This document shows, in pieces, positions 39,325 through 54,000 of a DNA stretch of 64,000 nt. The position numbers and the translations under genes are program-made. Location of the stretch: contig CM119265.1 of assembly GCA_051294375.1 (NCBI GenBank), positions 8,564,772 to 8,628,771 of the forward strand, written 5' to 3'. Below the pieces are notes generated by a model. It made no database searches. It saw only the letters and a program-made list of their open reading frames with translations, and had not been told where the DNA came from. This DNA is from Paraspadella gotoi (Eukaryota; Animalia; Chaetognatha). Numbering within the stretch: position 1 is the first letter of the stretch; every line of letters starts with the position of its first letter.

Positions 39325-40546
39325 CGTCTCTTACTCTGTCTCGCCTTTTTATTTTGATCTGAAAGAGAAGAAGAAAAATAATTTTCACTTCCGGAGAATT
39401 TATCTTGATTTTGTTAACCTAAACGAAAACGATCCATCGTCCGAAGCCGGAAGTGGCATCCAGGAATCTGAACGGCAAAACACAACGACCTCTTGTGATG
39501 GCGACGACGAAGATGACGACGAAGACGAAGAATAAGAAAATGACAACGATGACGACGAAAACGACGAATACGGCTTACCATAAATGACGAGAACGTTGAC
39601 GATGAGTATTGAGTAATCATAATTCACAAGAAATTCTCCCGCTCTTATTCCTGAGATTCTCTGTAAAAAAAATTAAAAATTAAAAATTATTAGTAGATTA
39701 GTAGATAAATATTGAATATGGAAACTACAATGCACGCGTTTGGTTCCAAAATTGTATTTATGAAAATATTAAGCATGATAACTGGCTTATTTAACATTTT
39801 GTATTTGAGAATGGGGAGAGGGACGTTAGTGTTGTCTTCTGTAAATAGAGGGAGCATCCATACAATGGTAATGTTAACTTTTCCGATTAATAAATTATGG
39901 TAACTGCAAACCACTAAAGTTATTTCTTTTGCCATAGATCGATTTCATGTAATATTTTTTTTTCCTTTCGTTGCTCCTTTTAAGACTGTGATCAAATTCC
40001 AGGATTATATGGAAGAGTTTTATCCTCACACTTTTCTTATTTGATATTATATTGCCAGCTCAATCGATTTCCTTTCTCTCTTTCTCTTTCTCTCTCTCTC
40101 TCTCTCTCTCTTGAGTCAAGTGTCTACTATCCTGAATACTTTTCTCACTTCGTTCTCTCACACGTTTCACTGTATTTTCATCTGTATTTATCATTCACTC
40201 GGAATGTTTGACTCACGCGACGGGGAAAAGAAGGTATGTAACCCGACCCGACGGAGTCGATACGGAACAGGCCTGGTCTTTTTGATGTTGTTTTATAATC
40301 TTGTACGGCATTAGTAAGTTAGTATGTTTGTAATTACGTTTTACATTTTTCTTAGATTTTTCTTTTCTTTCCCCCCCCAACTTCCTCGTTTTATTATTCT
40401 TTCCTTCTTTTTTTATTTCTTCTTCTTTTTATTTAATTTTTTTCTGCTTTCATCCATGACTTACACTTTTTTTATTCTCTCTCTCTCTCGTCTCTCTCTC
40501 TCTCTTCTCTCTCTCTCTCTTTTCCCTCTCTCTTCTCTCTTCTTTC

Positions 40547-40586
<40 letters not shown>

Positions 40587-40587
40587 G

Positions 40588-40622
<35 letters not shown>

Positions 40623-40813
40623 TTCTCTCATCTTCTCCTCTCCCCTCGGCCATTTTGATGGAAAATGGGCTTTTTCCCAAAAAATTCCGGAATCTCGGAA
40701 AACGCGTCGACGACAAAGCGAAGCTTTTTTTCCAATTCTTCTTTGTGATTCATTCAGACTCAAAAAAACTTGAGAAAAAAAAAAGCATCGTCGACTGTTT
40801 TTAAGTGAGAAAC

Positions 40814-40897
<84 letters not shown>

Positions 40898-41175
40898 GTA
40901 AAAAAGAAGAAAAATACACGCGGAATGTAATTGAGATAAATAGAAACGTGAAAATTCGTGAGAGGACAATCAAGTTAAAAGGAGAAACAGGTTACGGTCG
41001 AAAATCCTGAAGAGATTATTTCAAAGTGTAAATAGTTTCAGTATCTTTTGCTTTGATTTAATATTCTATTCTTTCCTTGAAATTAAAGTTTTTATTGAAG
41101 AAGATCTTATCACGGCAATTTTGGGCGTTTTTGTTATTCACTCTGAGAGAGTCGAGAGAGAGAAAGAGAGAGAGA

Positions 41176-41253
<78 letters not shown>

Positions 41254-41545
41254 GAGGACGNNNNNNNNNNNNNNNNNNNNNNNNNTCACTCTCTCAGAGT
41301 GATAACAAAAACGCCCAAATTGCCGTGATAAGATCTCTTCAATAAAAACTTTAATTTCAAGGAAAGAATAGAATATTAAATCAAAGCAAAGATACTGAAA
41401 CTATTTAACCTTTGAAATAATATAAACAAAATAATCTCTTCAGGATTTCGACCGTAACCTGTTTCTCCTTTTAACTTGATGTCCTCTCACGAATTTTCAC
41501 GTTTCTATTATCTCAATTCACATTCCGCGTGTATTTTTTCTTCTT

Positions 41546-41618
<73 letters not shown>

Positions 41619-41819
41619 CTCTCTTCTCGTTTCTCACTTAAAAACAGTCGACGATGCTTTTTTTTTTCTCAAGTTTTTTTGAGTCTGAATGAATCACAAA
41701 GAAGAATTGGAAAAAAAGCTTCGCTTTGTCGTCGACGCGATTTTCCGAGATTCCGGAATTTTTTGGGAAAAAGCCCATTTTCCATCAAAATGGCCGAGGG
41801 GAGGAGGAGAGAGATTGAA

Positions 41820-41901
<82 letters not shown>

Positions 41902-41955
41902 GAAAGGAAGGGAAAGGGGAAGAGAGAAAAGAAGAAGGGGAAAAAAGAGAGAGAT

Positions 41956-41993
<38 letters not shown>

Positions 41994-42711
41994 AAAAAAG
42001 TTGTAAGTCATGGATGAAAGCAGAAAAAATTAAATAAAAAGAAGAAGAAATAAAAAAAGAAGGAAAGAAATAAATAAAACGAGGAAGTTGGGGGGGGGAA
42101 AGAAAAGAAAAAATCTAAGAAAAATGTAAAAACGTAATTACAAACATACTAACTTACTAATGCGTACAAGATTTAAAACAACATCAAAAGACCAGGCCTG
42201 TTCCGTATCGGACATCCGTCGGTCGGTACATCCTTCTTTTCCCCGTCGTGAGTCAACTTCCGGTGAATGATAAATACAGATGAAAATAAGTGAACGTGTG
42301 AGAGAACGAGTGAGAAAAGTATTCAAGATAGTAGACACTTGACTCAATCAAAATTGACACTTGGCTCCTGGCTCCACCCACGACACTCACTTTCGGTTAG
42401 AATAAGTTAGTTCGTTCAGTTCATGTCACGTCTCATCACTCCTTATTTTAAATTCAACTTTCCCCTCCTCTTCCCGCTTTTTTAATTCCTCTACCTCGAT
42501 TTTAAATTTATCCACCTTAGTATATTTAACTGATTTATACGCAAACAAAAACCACATAGATGACTGATTGCGTTTTAAAATATCTTTTACCAAAACAATA
42601 TACATACTAAATTTCATCCTTCTTTCAATTCTCTCAGTTTATTTCCACCGACGACCGAATCTCATCCGACTGCCAACCCATTCTCCCCTTCCGACCGCAG
42701 CCCGTGTGAAT

Positions 42712-42759
<48 letters not shown>

Positions 42760-43493
42760 ACAAGTTTTATATTCAAGATGTAAAGTGGAAGAAATTTTGT
42801 CAGACAGAGAAATCGGGAAATTGGAAATCACATTTTTTTTTCACTGAATCGTAATGAAATATTTGCTATAAAAATAACCCCGGATGTAGTAGAAATAGAC
42901 CCGTCGTCCTCGGTTACACCTGATCCCGTATGAGAGAAAAGACCGTGGGTGACCTCGGCCCAAAAGAAGAGCAAAACAGACAGAGATGAATTTCCTATTC
43001 AATATTTTGTGAAAAAAAGTTATTAGTATTTGTGTGTTTGTGAGCTTGTGTGTTTCTCTTTTTCCCATGGACTTTGGATCGTCTGCAAGGATTATGAACC
43101 ACTAAATAACTTATTAATTTATAATGCAAAATGAATAAAATTTTAGTTTTTGTAAGGATAACTTTTCTGAAGAAAATCAAATCCCAAAAACTCATCCAAA
43201 CTCCAAAGTTCAAATTCATATNNNNNNNNNNNNNNNNNNNNNNNNNTATATCTCACATACCCCTACCTCTCAATTGTTTTTATCCCCCAAACTTCGAACC
43301 CCCCTTCACCATCTCACCCCCTTTAAATCAATAACCCTCTCAGATCTCAGCGCGCCCCAAATACGGATGTTACTTCTGCAATACTCTCCGCCCGTTGTTA
43401 TATTTACGTATGATGGACGTCTGAGTTGATCATCCATTAAATTCTTATTCTCTCCGTTTCTGTCTCTCTCTCTCTCTCTCTCTCTCTCATCTG

Positions 43494-43537
<44 letters not shown>

Positions 43538-45260
43538 AACATCTCTCTTTCATCTCTCATCCTTCTCCTTACTCCCCTAGGCCATTTTGATGGAATGGGC
43601 CTTTTTCCCAAAATTAACCGGAACTAGAAAACGCAGTCGACGACAAAGCGAAGCTTTTTTGCCAATTCTTACCTTTGTGATTCATATCAGACTCAAAAAC
43701 CAAACATTGAGAAAAAAAAAAGGCATACGTCGACACTGTATTTTAAGTGAGAAACGGAGAGAGAGAGGAGAGAGAGAGAGAGAGAGAGAGAAGAGAGAAG
43801 AGAGAGAGAGCAGAGAGAGAGAGAGAGGGAAATGTAAAAAGAGAAAAAAATAACAATCGCGGAAGTGAATTGAGATAAATAAAACGTGAAAATTCGTGAG
43901 AAAGGACATCAATTAAAAAGGAGAACAAGGTTAGGTCAGAAAGATCCTAAGAGATTATTATTGTATTAAATATTATTATCAAAGGTTAAATAAGTTTCAG
44001 TATCATATTGCTTATGATTATAGATAATTCTAATTCTTTCCTTGAAAATTCAAAGTTTTTATATGAAAGAAGATCTTTATCAGGCAATATATTTTGGGGC
44101 GTTTTTTGTTATACACTCCCTGAGGAGAGTGCGAGAGAGAAGAGAGAGGAGAGAGAGAGAGAGAGACGAGAAGAGAGAGAGAGGAAGAAAGAGAGGAAGA
44201 GAGAAGAGAAGAGAGAGAGAGAGAAGAGCGAGAGAGAGAGAGAGAGAGATGAGAGAGAGAGAAGAGAGGAGAGAGAGAAGAGGAAAGAGAAATGAGAAGA
44301 AAGGAATACGATTGAGCTGGCAAATAATTACAAATAAAAGAAAAGTGTGAGGATAAAACTCTTCCATATAATCCTGGAATTTTGATCACAAGTCTTAAAA
44401 GGAGGACAACGAAAGGAAAAAAAAATATTACAGAAATCGATCTATGGCGAAAAGAAATAACTTTAGTGGTTTTGCAGTTACCAAGATTTTATTAATCGAA
44501 AAAGTTTTAACATTAATTGTAATGGATGCTCCTCTATTTACAGAAGACAACACTAACGTATCCTCTCACCCAATCTCCAAATACAAAATGTTTAAATAAG
44601 CCAGTTATATGTTAGATATTTTCCATAAATACACTTTTGGGAACGCAACCGTGCATTGTAAGTTTCCATATTCAATATTTTACTACTTAACTAACTAATA
44701 ATTTTTTAATTTTTAATTTTTTTACATGAGAATCCATCAGGAATAAGAGCGGAGAATTTCTTTGTGAATTGAATGATACTCAATACTCATCGTCAACGTT
44801 CTTCGTCATTTAATGGTAAGCCGTATCGTCTGTTTTTTCGTCGTCATCAGTTGTCATTTTACTTATTCTTCGTCTTCGTCCGTATCTTCGTCGTCGCCAT
44901 CACAAGAAGGCCGTTAGTGTTTTTGCCGTTCAGATTCCCTGGATGCCACTTCGCCGGGCTTCAGGACGATAGGATCGTTTTCGTTAGGTTACAAATCAAG
45001 ATAAATTCTCCGGAAGTGAAAATTTTTTTCTTCTTCTCTTTCAGATTCAAAAATAAAAAGGCGAGAAGGAGTAAGAGACCGGCGACAGAGAGAGAGCAGA
45101 GAGAGAGAGATGAGAGAGAGAGAGGAGAGAGAGAGAGAAGAGAGAGAGAGAAGAGAGAGGTGGAGGAGAGAGAGAAAGGAGGAAAGAGGATTCAAGAGCC
45201 CACTTTTCTCTAAATCCAAAGCTTTTTTCGGCAGTCCATAAACTGGATAAAGTAAAAAAA
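37010..45260. repeat. Block of direct and inverted ~1-2 kb near-copies separated by 25-N gaps (probable assembly artefact)
   Basis: ~37300-38100 recurs at ~39300-40110. ~38235-39285 recurs inverted at ~40111-41260 and direct at 41286-42346. ~37070-38800 recurs inverted, with many indels, at ~43450-45260. Confidence 0.85.
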
Positions 45261-45510
45261 AGCACAAAAGAAAAACTAATAAACACAGATATGTGAAGGT
45301 GAAATGAATAGAATACAGGGAAGGCAAGGATGCTTACTTATTTAATGATTTAAAAACTTTTCCGTCGACGCCACAAAATATCTCGTCATATCACAAAGTA
45401 ACAAAATATAATATTTCATATCTATACTATGCCATACCAGGCAATAACAAAAGTTACGACGTAAATTCTTATTTCTTAACGATAAAAGGTTCAACACACG
45501 ACTATATCTA

Positions 45511-46033
45511 TGTCGCGCCTTCTCGGCGAGTATATTGCTTCCAGACCGGAAAAACAAGAACGAATGGACGGTCGAACGACGAGGAACGCGGGAGCGAAAG
45601 ACCGACGACATCGACGCCTGACGATCCTAGCGAATCTTTTAAGTTTATATGATGCGGGTGGAGTCAAAAGGGGAGAGTCAGAGTGGCGCGCGATGCTAGA
45701 GAGCGAGCTCGATCAGCTGACCACGAGAGGTGAGATGCACGGTACGAGCACGTGGCGAGCGCGACGCTGGAGCTGACGTGAGTTGTATATAGAGCAGGAG
45801 AGCGTGTCCATGTAAGCGCGCGAGTGTGAATGGCGGCAGAGAAAGTTTTGGTTTTTGAGGGAAGAAAGCGAATGAATGAGCATCGAAGTGTGTCGTTGTA
45901 CCGGTAGCTACGAGTCGGCCGGAAGGTAGGGGAGCGTGACTAGCCACAGATACCAATAGTCTATTCTCGATACGGACTAGGAGACTAATCACAAGTCGGA
46001 GCCAAACAGCCACGGAGCGGTTTCAGTGTCTCA
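45511..46033 (-). mobile_element. Possible solo LTR
   Basis: 523-bp GC-richer island bounded by TG...CA, with TATA-like and A-rich signals on the minus strand. No clean TSD seen. Confidence 0.3.
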
Positions 46034-46237
46034 CTCTCTCTCTCTATTTATTCTTCCTTTCTTTTTTCAATAAAATCGGATGTTTGTTTAAAGGAGTAAA
46101 AAAAAAGTTTGTTTTGGGTTAAATAGACGTGATTATTTTTTAAAATTGACTCGAAGTTTGGTTTCTTTTTTAAGTATAATTTTAGGTCCAAACATATCAG
46201 ATTGGCTCGTATCATCATAGCATATAAAGAGAGATAT

Positions 46238-46291
<54 letters not shown>

Positions 46292-47320
46292 TTACATGAA
46301 AAAAAAGTGAAATCACTTTATTACTTTTTATATAATCCCCTCACTCGAAATAAAACTTTCTTCGAGAACGCTCCGTAACTCACATAAGGATTATCCAGTG
46401 ATCATCTTCTATAAAGATAAAAAAACTACTTCATGGAAACTTGGAAAGTGTACAATAAAAGTCAAAAGTGTACTAAATTTTAAAATCACTGCAAATGGAA
46501 TTTTGCGTAAAGGAAAGTAAAATAGGAAAGAAAGGACCACGACAGAAATCCAATAAACTTTTCCCCAAAGTAAAAAAAATAAGTGAATTCTTCGACAAAA
46601 AAAAGTAGCATTTTTACTTTTAAAAATTCGTCCTTCGTTGACGACAACGACAACGACAACGACGACGACGACAACGACGACCACTACCTCGGGGGAATAA
46701 ATATTAAAAAAAAAAATTCCTCCCGAGAATCAGTTTCGCGATTTTGGCAGCCACGTCTCAGAATGAACAATCCTTCCTCCGCCAGAGTCCCATAGTCGTT
46801 CCGCTCAAAGTCCTTCTCAGTCTTTCATACTTTTTTGCATTTTTAAATATGAGTATTATACATATATGCCTGCATAGTTCGATCTTGTTAAAGTCGCAAC
46901 GTTCTCGACTCTTTTATGTCACTGCGCTTGCTAATATTAAATTATCGTTGGTCTTTTCTCGATTGATATTTCGCCATTTCCCGGATCGTTACTGCTAACA
47001 GTAACAACTTTCTTTACCAACTGTATTTGCCCTTGTCTTTCTGTACTCATTGGTCTCACCATTGTTATTTTCTTTGTTCTCTTTCTCTTGGATTCGCGAT
47101 TTTCTACTCGATCCGCTCCACGCCTCGACGCCCGGCGACCGATAAAACTCTCTTCCGTTTCACTCTGATCACGTGATCAGTGATCAGTGATCACTGATCA
47201 CCCGACGAATGTGAAAGGAAATCCCGTGTGATTCGGCGGAATCGTCGCAATCGTTATGTTGCGAAATCTATTTCACGAATTTTGATCACTTGTTTTCTGA
47301 ATCATTGGGTAGGTTTGTGT

Positions 47321-47362
<42 letters not shown>

Positions 47363-47470
47363 CCCAATTCGAGTGTGTCTTAATGGATTTTTATCTCTCC
47401 AGTCGCGCGGTAATCTTTTTTTTTCTTTTTTGTTATCTTTTTCTTTCATCTCGATTCTTCATCGCCGCTC

Positions 47471-47508
<38 letters not shown>

Positions 47509-48722
47509 CCCACCGCCGCAGCTTAAATCCCCGAATCTCGCTTCGGAATCTTAATTGACGAATCCCTTCGTAAATTCATAACAGATCCTGGGGTTCGAAT
47601 CAGGCGGCAGGCGAAGGCTGAGCACGAAGCCCCCGGCCGATGGCCCAGACGGCTCGCGTGGGTCCTTCGGGGCGAGGCTGAAAGTGAGTGAGAGAGAGAG
47701 AGAGAGTGTGAGAGTGAGGTCTAAGTATTAAGATATCTGTTCTTAGGAAACTCTTACAAATGATATATACTGTTATTTCTTGACAATTTCTTACTTACAC
47801 GATGAACATTCTTGTATCAGTGGGGTTTTTACTCCACTTGACTCCTGCTCCTTCAACCTTCACTCCACTTGACTAGCTTGTCCTTCGCTCCCCTTACTCT
47901 ACTGACACGAAGGACGAACTTTTTATGTTCGTCGTCGATCAAGGAACCCATAAAATTTTCACTCCGTGACTCACCTTTCACACACTTAACTTCTCTTCCC
48001 TTCACTTACCTTTAACGATATACACCTGCGCCATTTTTCATTTATCTTTCACCGTCAAAATCGCAGGTTGACCCATCGTTACCAACGTTCTAAATCAAGA
48101 ACTTACCTTTTAACGATTTTCCCTTCCCCCACAATTCCCCATTTTCTTCCCAACCTTGAAAAGCTGCTCTTCTCTTCTCTTTCTTATCTTTCGTTCTGTT
48201 CCATTTACTTTACTTACTCATTATTTCTCTCCCTCTCCCCTCTTTAACTTTTCCTCTTTTCTCTCTCTCTCTCTCCATCTGCGCTCCTCACTCCTCCCCC
48301 ACCCCGCCCCCCATATAATCCCGCGTGCCACTATCAAAACCCATTAAAATCTCGTCTAATGCTTTCAGCAGGGAGGTGGTTTTCGGTGAAGGGGTGGTTG
48401 TGGTGACGGTCAGGGTGGTGACTCTGATCCTTAGTCCGGTGGTGATGGGTGGTACGGTGGTGTTGGACTGGATTTAAAAAAAAAAAGTTTAAAAAAAATA
48501 AAGGAGCCGGCTGGAATTAGGGAAAAAAAAGTTTTTAGACCAAATCAAAGATTCGTTTCAACGTTTTATTTAGATTTAGTTTCCTTTATTTTTTCGAGGG
48601 GGGCGGGGGGGAGAAGGTTGGAAAGAAAAAGTTTGTTTATTTGCAAAGGGGAAAGAGGGAGGAGAGAAAGGGGCAATCTGGACGAAGGATGATCAATTTA
48701 GGTCTCCTTTGTCCTTCGAATA

Positions 48723-49133
48723 TTGTCTTTCATCTTTTACCTTTGTCTCTTGACTTTGTCTTTTGTCTTTTGACTTTGTTTTTTGACTTTAGTCTTTAGT
48801 CTTTTGACTCTGTCTTTTGTCTTTGGACTTTGTCTTTTGACTTTGACTTTTGACCTTTAACTTTTGACATTAGTTTTTTGACTTTTCTTTTGTCTTTTGA
48901 CTTATACTTTTGTCTTTTAACTTTGTCTTTATCTTTTTATCGTCTCTTTTATTTCAGAAAAAAAAAAATTTGTCTTTTGACTTTTTCTTTTGTCTTTTGA
49001 CATTGTTAATTTTTGTCTTTCGTTTTTTTAATTTTGACCTTTTCTTTGGACTTAAGTTTAAGTCTTCTGACTTTTGTCGTTAGTATTTAGTCTTTAGTCT
49101 CTTGTCTTTTATCTTTTGTCTTTTTCCTTTTGT
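48723..49133. repeat. Degenerate 6-7-mer satellite (TTTTGTC/TTTTGAC)n
   Basis: Direct reading. Confidence 0.85.
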
Positions 49134-50171
49134 CGCGAGTTTCTCTGTGACTCTAATGTTCCATTTTGCGACGCCTCAGGGTTTTTTCGCTGCAGCGATT
49201 CGATAGAGAAAGTTGGGGATTAAGTAGACGCCGAGGAGACTGACTCTGTCTCACTCTCCCTTCTCTTTTTTCTCGTATCGCTTATTTTTTCTCCTTCCTA
49301 TTTCCATTTTTTTATTTCCTCTTTTCCTTTCTATTGCTCCTGTTTCGCACCTTCTCTCTTCTCGTTCTCCTTCTCTTTAGTCTTCTCGTTCCTCGCTCAC
49401 TCCTCTTCTTCCTTCTCGTTTTTATTTTCACCTCCCTCTCTCCTTCTCTCTTCTCTCTCCTCCCTTTCTTCTCTCCGCTTCTTCTTCCCCTTCTCCATTC
49501 TCCTCCCTTTCTTCTCCCTTCCCCTCCCTTTTCCCTTCTCCTCCCGCCTTCCTCTCCCTTCCTTTCTCCCCTCCCTTCTCTGCCTCCCAATCTTCATCAA
49601 TCTCTCTCTTATCTCTCTTCGTCACGTGACCTAACTCCCTATTGGGCAAAAGTCCGTCTGGACTTTTCTCCTCATGTCGTCGAGATGAAAAAGGAGAGCG
49701 AAGGTCGAGATTAATTAAACCTTCGTCTTATCTCAAGCAAATTCGGAATTAATAATTAAACAGTTTAATATTATTGAACTTAAAGATTCGGGTAGTTCAA
49801 TTTAAATTTGTAATAATTGCGTAAATTTGTCGTTCCATGTTGGACTTTGTGTTTCCGTCTTCGATGCAACGTTTGTCGAGATCTGAGTATTTAAATAGTT
49901 TATTGTATACATTATAATCCGATTAATTCGATATTATAAACAGCATTTAAACTTAAAGCTCCACTGAATAGTGATTATACTGTTTTTTTTTCTAACATTG
50001 AGACCAGCTGATTCAGAATCAGTGATTTTTCAATAAACTTTTACGTCTGAGGAATCTNNNNNNNNNNTTAGAGGCGCAGCCTCAGTCACGAGCCTTGAAA
50101 GCGAGGGGGAGATAGTAAACCCCCTTGCGGCAAAAGAAATTAAACGATTGATAAAAACAAAAGATCATATC

Positions 50172-50296
<125 letters not shown>

Positions 50297-50918
50297 AGAC
50301 AAATAATGAAGTCGTTGAGACGAAGAAAGAAACATAAAGGGATTGAAATGGAAGGAAGATGTGTTAAGTAACAAAGAAAGACAGAAAAAAAAGAAGGAGA
50401 AAAAGAAAGAAAGAAAAAAAATAGAAAAAAAAAGAAAAGAAAGAAACAACAAAGAAATTCCGAGTTTGTATACGCGGATTTTTTTAAAAAAAAGTGAAAT
50501 TCTGTAAATTGGATTAACCCACCCAAGCAGACACGCGTGTCGAATCTCAGTGAAGGTCACGAACAACTGGGTGAGACTTTCCAGAGGGTGAGGACCGCGG
50601 AGTCGGGTCGTGGTGTTAGAACATAAGGAAGCATCTCGGGGAATCGGAGCGTCTATTCTTGTCATTACATTGCTTCAAAAGAACACGGGATTAACCTATG
50701 ATTAATATAGTAATTAAATGGGTTTGACGATTGGACAATTAAATTTAAAACCTGTAATGTCTGGATATAAAAATTTTCGGCGGACGTAAAAGAAAATTAT
50801 AGAAATGATTTGCTTCTCCTTTCTACAATACAAGATACAATAAGTCAAAAGTCAGGGGCAAGATAACTTATTTATTGGATTCTCGAATAAATGGAATATT
50901 TTCATATCGCTTGTGCAT

Positions 50919-51046
50919 TAGAGTGGAGCACTCAAGAACAAAAAATTTATTAGAATGATCGAACAATGATATTTAGATGTGAGATAGTATGATTAACTAG
51001 TACAAAAAATATTTTGTTCATATGATCTCCGGAACAGAATAGTAAA
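50919..51046. mobile_element. Second, inverted copy of the repeat at 1-126
   Basis: Shared blocks as above. A weak inverted counterpart (…CTTGTTCATCACTCCAC) near 51540-51558 may mark the other end. Confidence 0.55.
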
Positions 51047-54000
51047 ATATAATATATTTATAGTAATATCCTTATGAAAATAGTAAATTTTTAAAAAAAT
51101 TTTTTATAAAACTTTAATTAAAGATTCAGAATTCTTCATAAAAAGTTGAATCAAAAATATAAAACATGTTATCAAAAATTCAGTCATCTTCAATGTTTAA
51201 AATAAGAAAAAGGTGAAAATTCCGCTGACTTTTTTATTCTCTGTAGTAGAAACTTATATATGTTAAAAAGTTTTAAGTCATTTTTTTGTGATCTAAACAT
51301 TAAAAATCATCATATAACACAATAAAAAAGTTTCTTAGTTTTTTACAGGCGAATCCAAATCAGTTCTTAATAAATAAAAAAAATTATTTTGAAATTTGAC
51401 GATTTTATAAGGATATTACTACATACATTAAATTAATTGAATATTGCTATACTGTTAATGCTAAAAAATTTTTGAGTTTTAAAAAATTCCATTAATTATA
51501 TGTCACTAAGGCGCAAAAGAAAATAATGTTCAACACCAAATCTTGTTCATCACTCCACCCTATTGTGCATACATGTATGGGATTGGTATGAGAAGGAGAC
51601 GAATTGTGGGGGGCGATCGAGGAGAATGTTTAGGGAATGGGGGGGACGAAGGGGGGGAATCGGAAATGTGAGTCTGTATCCCGAAGGCGTCGGGAGGTCA
51701 AGATTTTTTAGCGACAATGTCCGATTTAAAGGAGATCAGTTCTTTTCTCGGAAATGACGTCGTTTGTCGACCAGAAATGTGTCTACATTTGCGACGAAAG
51801 CGGCGCTGGAATTCGAAATGGGGGTCATTCGCGGATATGGGCAAATACATTGTGATCCTCTCGATGTTGGGCAAAGAAAAATGAGACGATCGATGCACAG
51901 TCGCATCTGGCTTTTGAAAAATTATTCTTTTTGAAGATATTTCGCAAATATTAATAAGATAGAAGGCTCTTTAAACCACCAATCAATCAATCTATCAATC
52001 GGTTAATCTATCAGGCATTCAATCAATCAATCAACAGATATGAGACAAGGAACAGAAATAGAATGGATATTCACCACGACCGATCACAATCCCTTGGAGG
52101 CATTAAGCGGGAGTGGAGGCCGAACGCCCGTTCTTCCTCGTCGCGACTCGCGAGCCAATCTCGCACCCAAGGATTCTCCCGAACGGCGGGAGCCTTTGTT
52201 CTTTCCAATATCCGATGTTAATAATTAAGGAGGAGAAAAAACTTTGGGGGCAAAAAAAAAAATGGAAGAGGAAAATGTTTAGCAGTTGAAGGAGGGTGGA
52301 AGGGGAGTGGGGATGGGATGTGGAAGAGGAGAAGGGGATTCGAAAGTGTGAGCGGAGTGAAGAATTAAAGAGAGAAACTTAAAAGTATTTGTGATTCAGC
52401 TCGTATCCACCGGGAAGTTAAAAAAAAAAAATCAAAATTTAATTACACAGAAACTATTATATATAGAATTTAGAATAGCAGTGGACGCGGAGTACATAAT
52501 TCATAAAGAAAACCTATGGTTTCAAAAACGTTCCTTTTGAACGAAGCAATCTCAAATTTTATGTCGAAGTTTGATGACAAACTTCTTTAGGGAAAGCTAA
52601 GGGTTAACGACGTCACTGACGACGATGACGACGACGATAACGACGACGATAACGACGACGATAACGACGACGTCGAAAGTGATTGATAATCAAAAAGGTT
52701 CTAATTTTAAAATTAAAGATAACAACAACGACAACGTTTCCTTTGATTAATTTCTCCGCAGAGAAATCTCGTTTAGTTTTTTCTCCGAGGAATTAAACCT
52801 GACGACGTTTTTTTTTTTTTTTTTTTGCAGAGTCGTTGCACTCTTTTTGCAGAAGCAAAAGTTGAGGCGTTGCACTCTTTTTGCAGAAGGAATCGTTGAG
52901 TCGTTGCACTCTTTTTTTCGGTTTTGCATTAGCGACAGCGAACACTTTCCTTGATTTCGTTGCAATCTTCACTCGCACAAAGGTTTTTTTATGCCTCCTT
53001 TTATGTTGCAGAAATTCTAGAAATGACTTCCTGGAGGCAATCCAACTCTTTTTTTCAAGTCGTATCACTGTGAAAAGTTACTTCCCCATTTTATTTTAAA
53101 ATCGTCTCTGAATTTTTTTTCCATTCCTTTCTTCTGCAAAGTGCCATGTCGTTGCTTTTTTTCAAAATTCAATTTGGAAAGGATATTTCGGTTAGATTTT
53201 CAGCCGTTGTTTGCATTTATTAAAAACAAAATTTTGGAAATAACTGTATTTAAAATGTTAATTTGTTACGTAACAACAACCGCTCACTTTCGCGTTAATT
53301 AAAGACAATGCGGCTTCCGTCAGTGACAAAGAGAAATTGGGCTCAGGAGTTTGTTCTCGTCAAAAGCCGCTGGAAGCCATTTGTTTTCTTCGTTCTCGGC
53401 TGGAGCTCAAATTCTAAACGGATTAATGGTATTAAACTACTATAAAGTCTTTTTAATGCAAATAAGCTTTGCTTTTAAAAACTAAAAGCACGAGATTTTG
53501 TCTCAGTTATGGAATATGTGGGTGTCTACTGTCTAGTGACGTTGTATCACTAACAGGATAGACGGAGAAAATCTCACAAAGCTATGTAAACAATATCGGT
53601 CGACTTCGTGCCTTTGCGGAGTCGTCCAAGGCTTCGTTGGAATCTTGAGCTTCGTCGTATTCGTCTACGTGTTGCCGGGTGGACCTTGAAGTCCTCGCCC
53701 CGGTTCGACACATTACAATCTTTACTATTTATACAAGTCTGATTTGATGTTTTCACTTCAGTTGTTAAGAAAAAGGGTCAATTCAAATTCAACTTTTAAA
53801 AATAGGCTAAAATGGAGTAGAAATTCAGAAAGCTGAGCTCCTGGCGATTCTCCGAAAATGTAATTCACTTTAAGACATTTGATGAATTCTAAACCCCTCA
53901 ATTTAATCGGTTTAATTATAATATACAATAAAGAGAACACTATCTGAAGCAGTTGCCCAGGTCAAACGAAAAGCCAATCCAACCTGATATTTTTTTGAAT

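Noticed and set aside
48310-48360. HIIPRATIKTH resembles the CCAPR ICL3 motif IIPRAKxKT
   Set aside because: Immediately followed by a stop, with no acceptor and no TM6 (CWxPY) sequence; probably chance.
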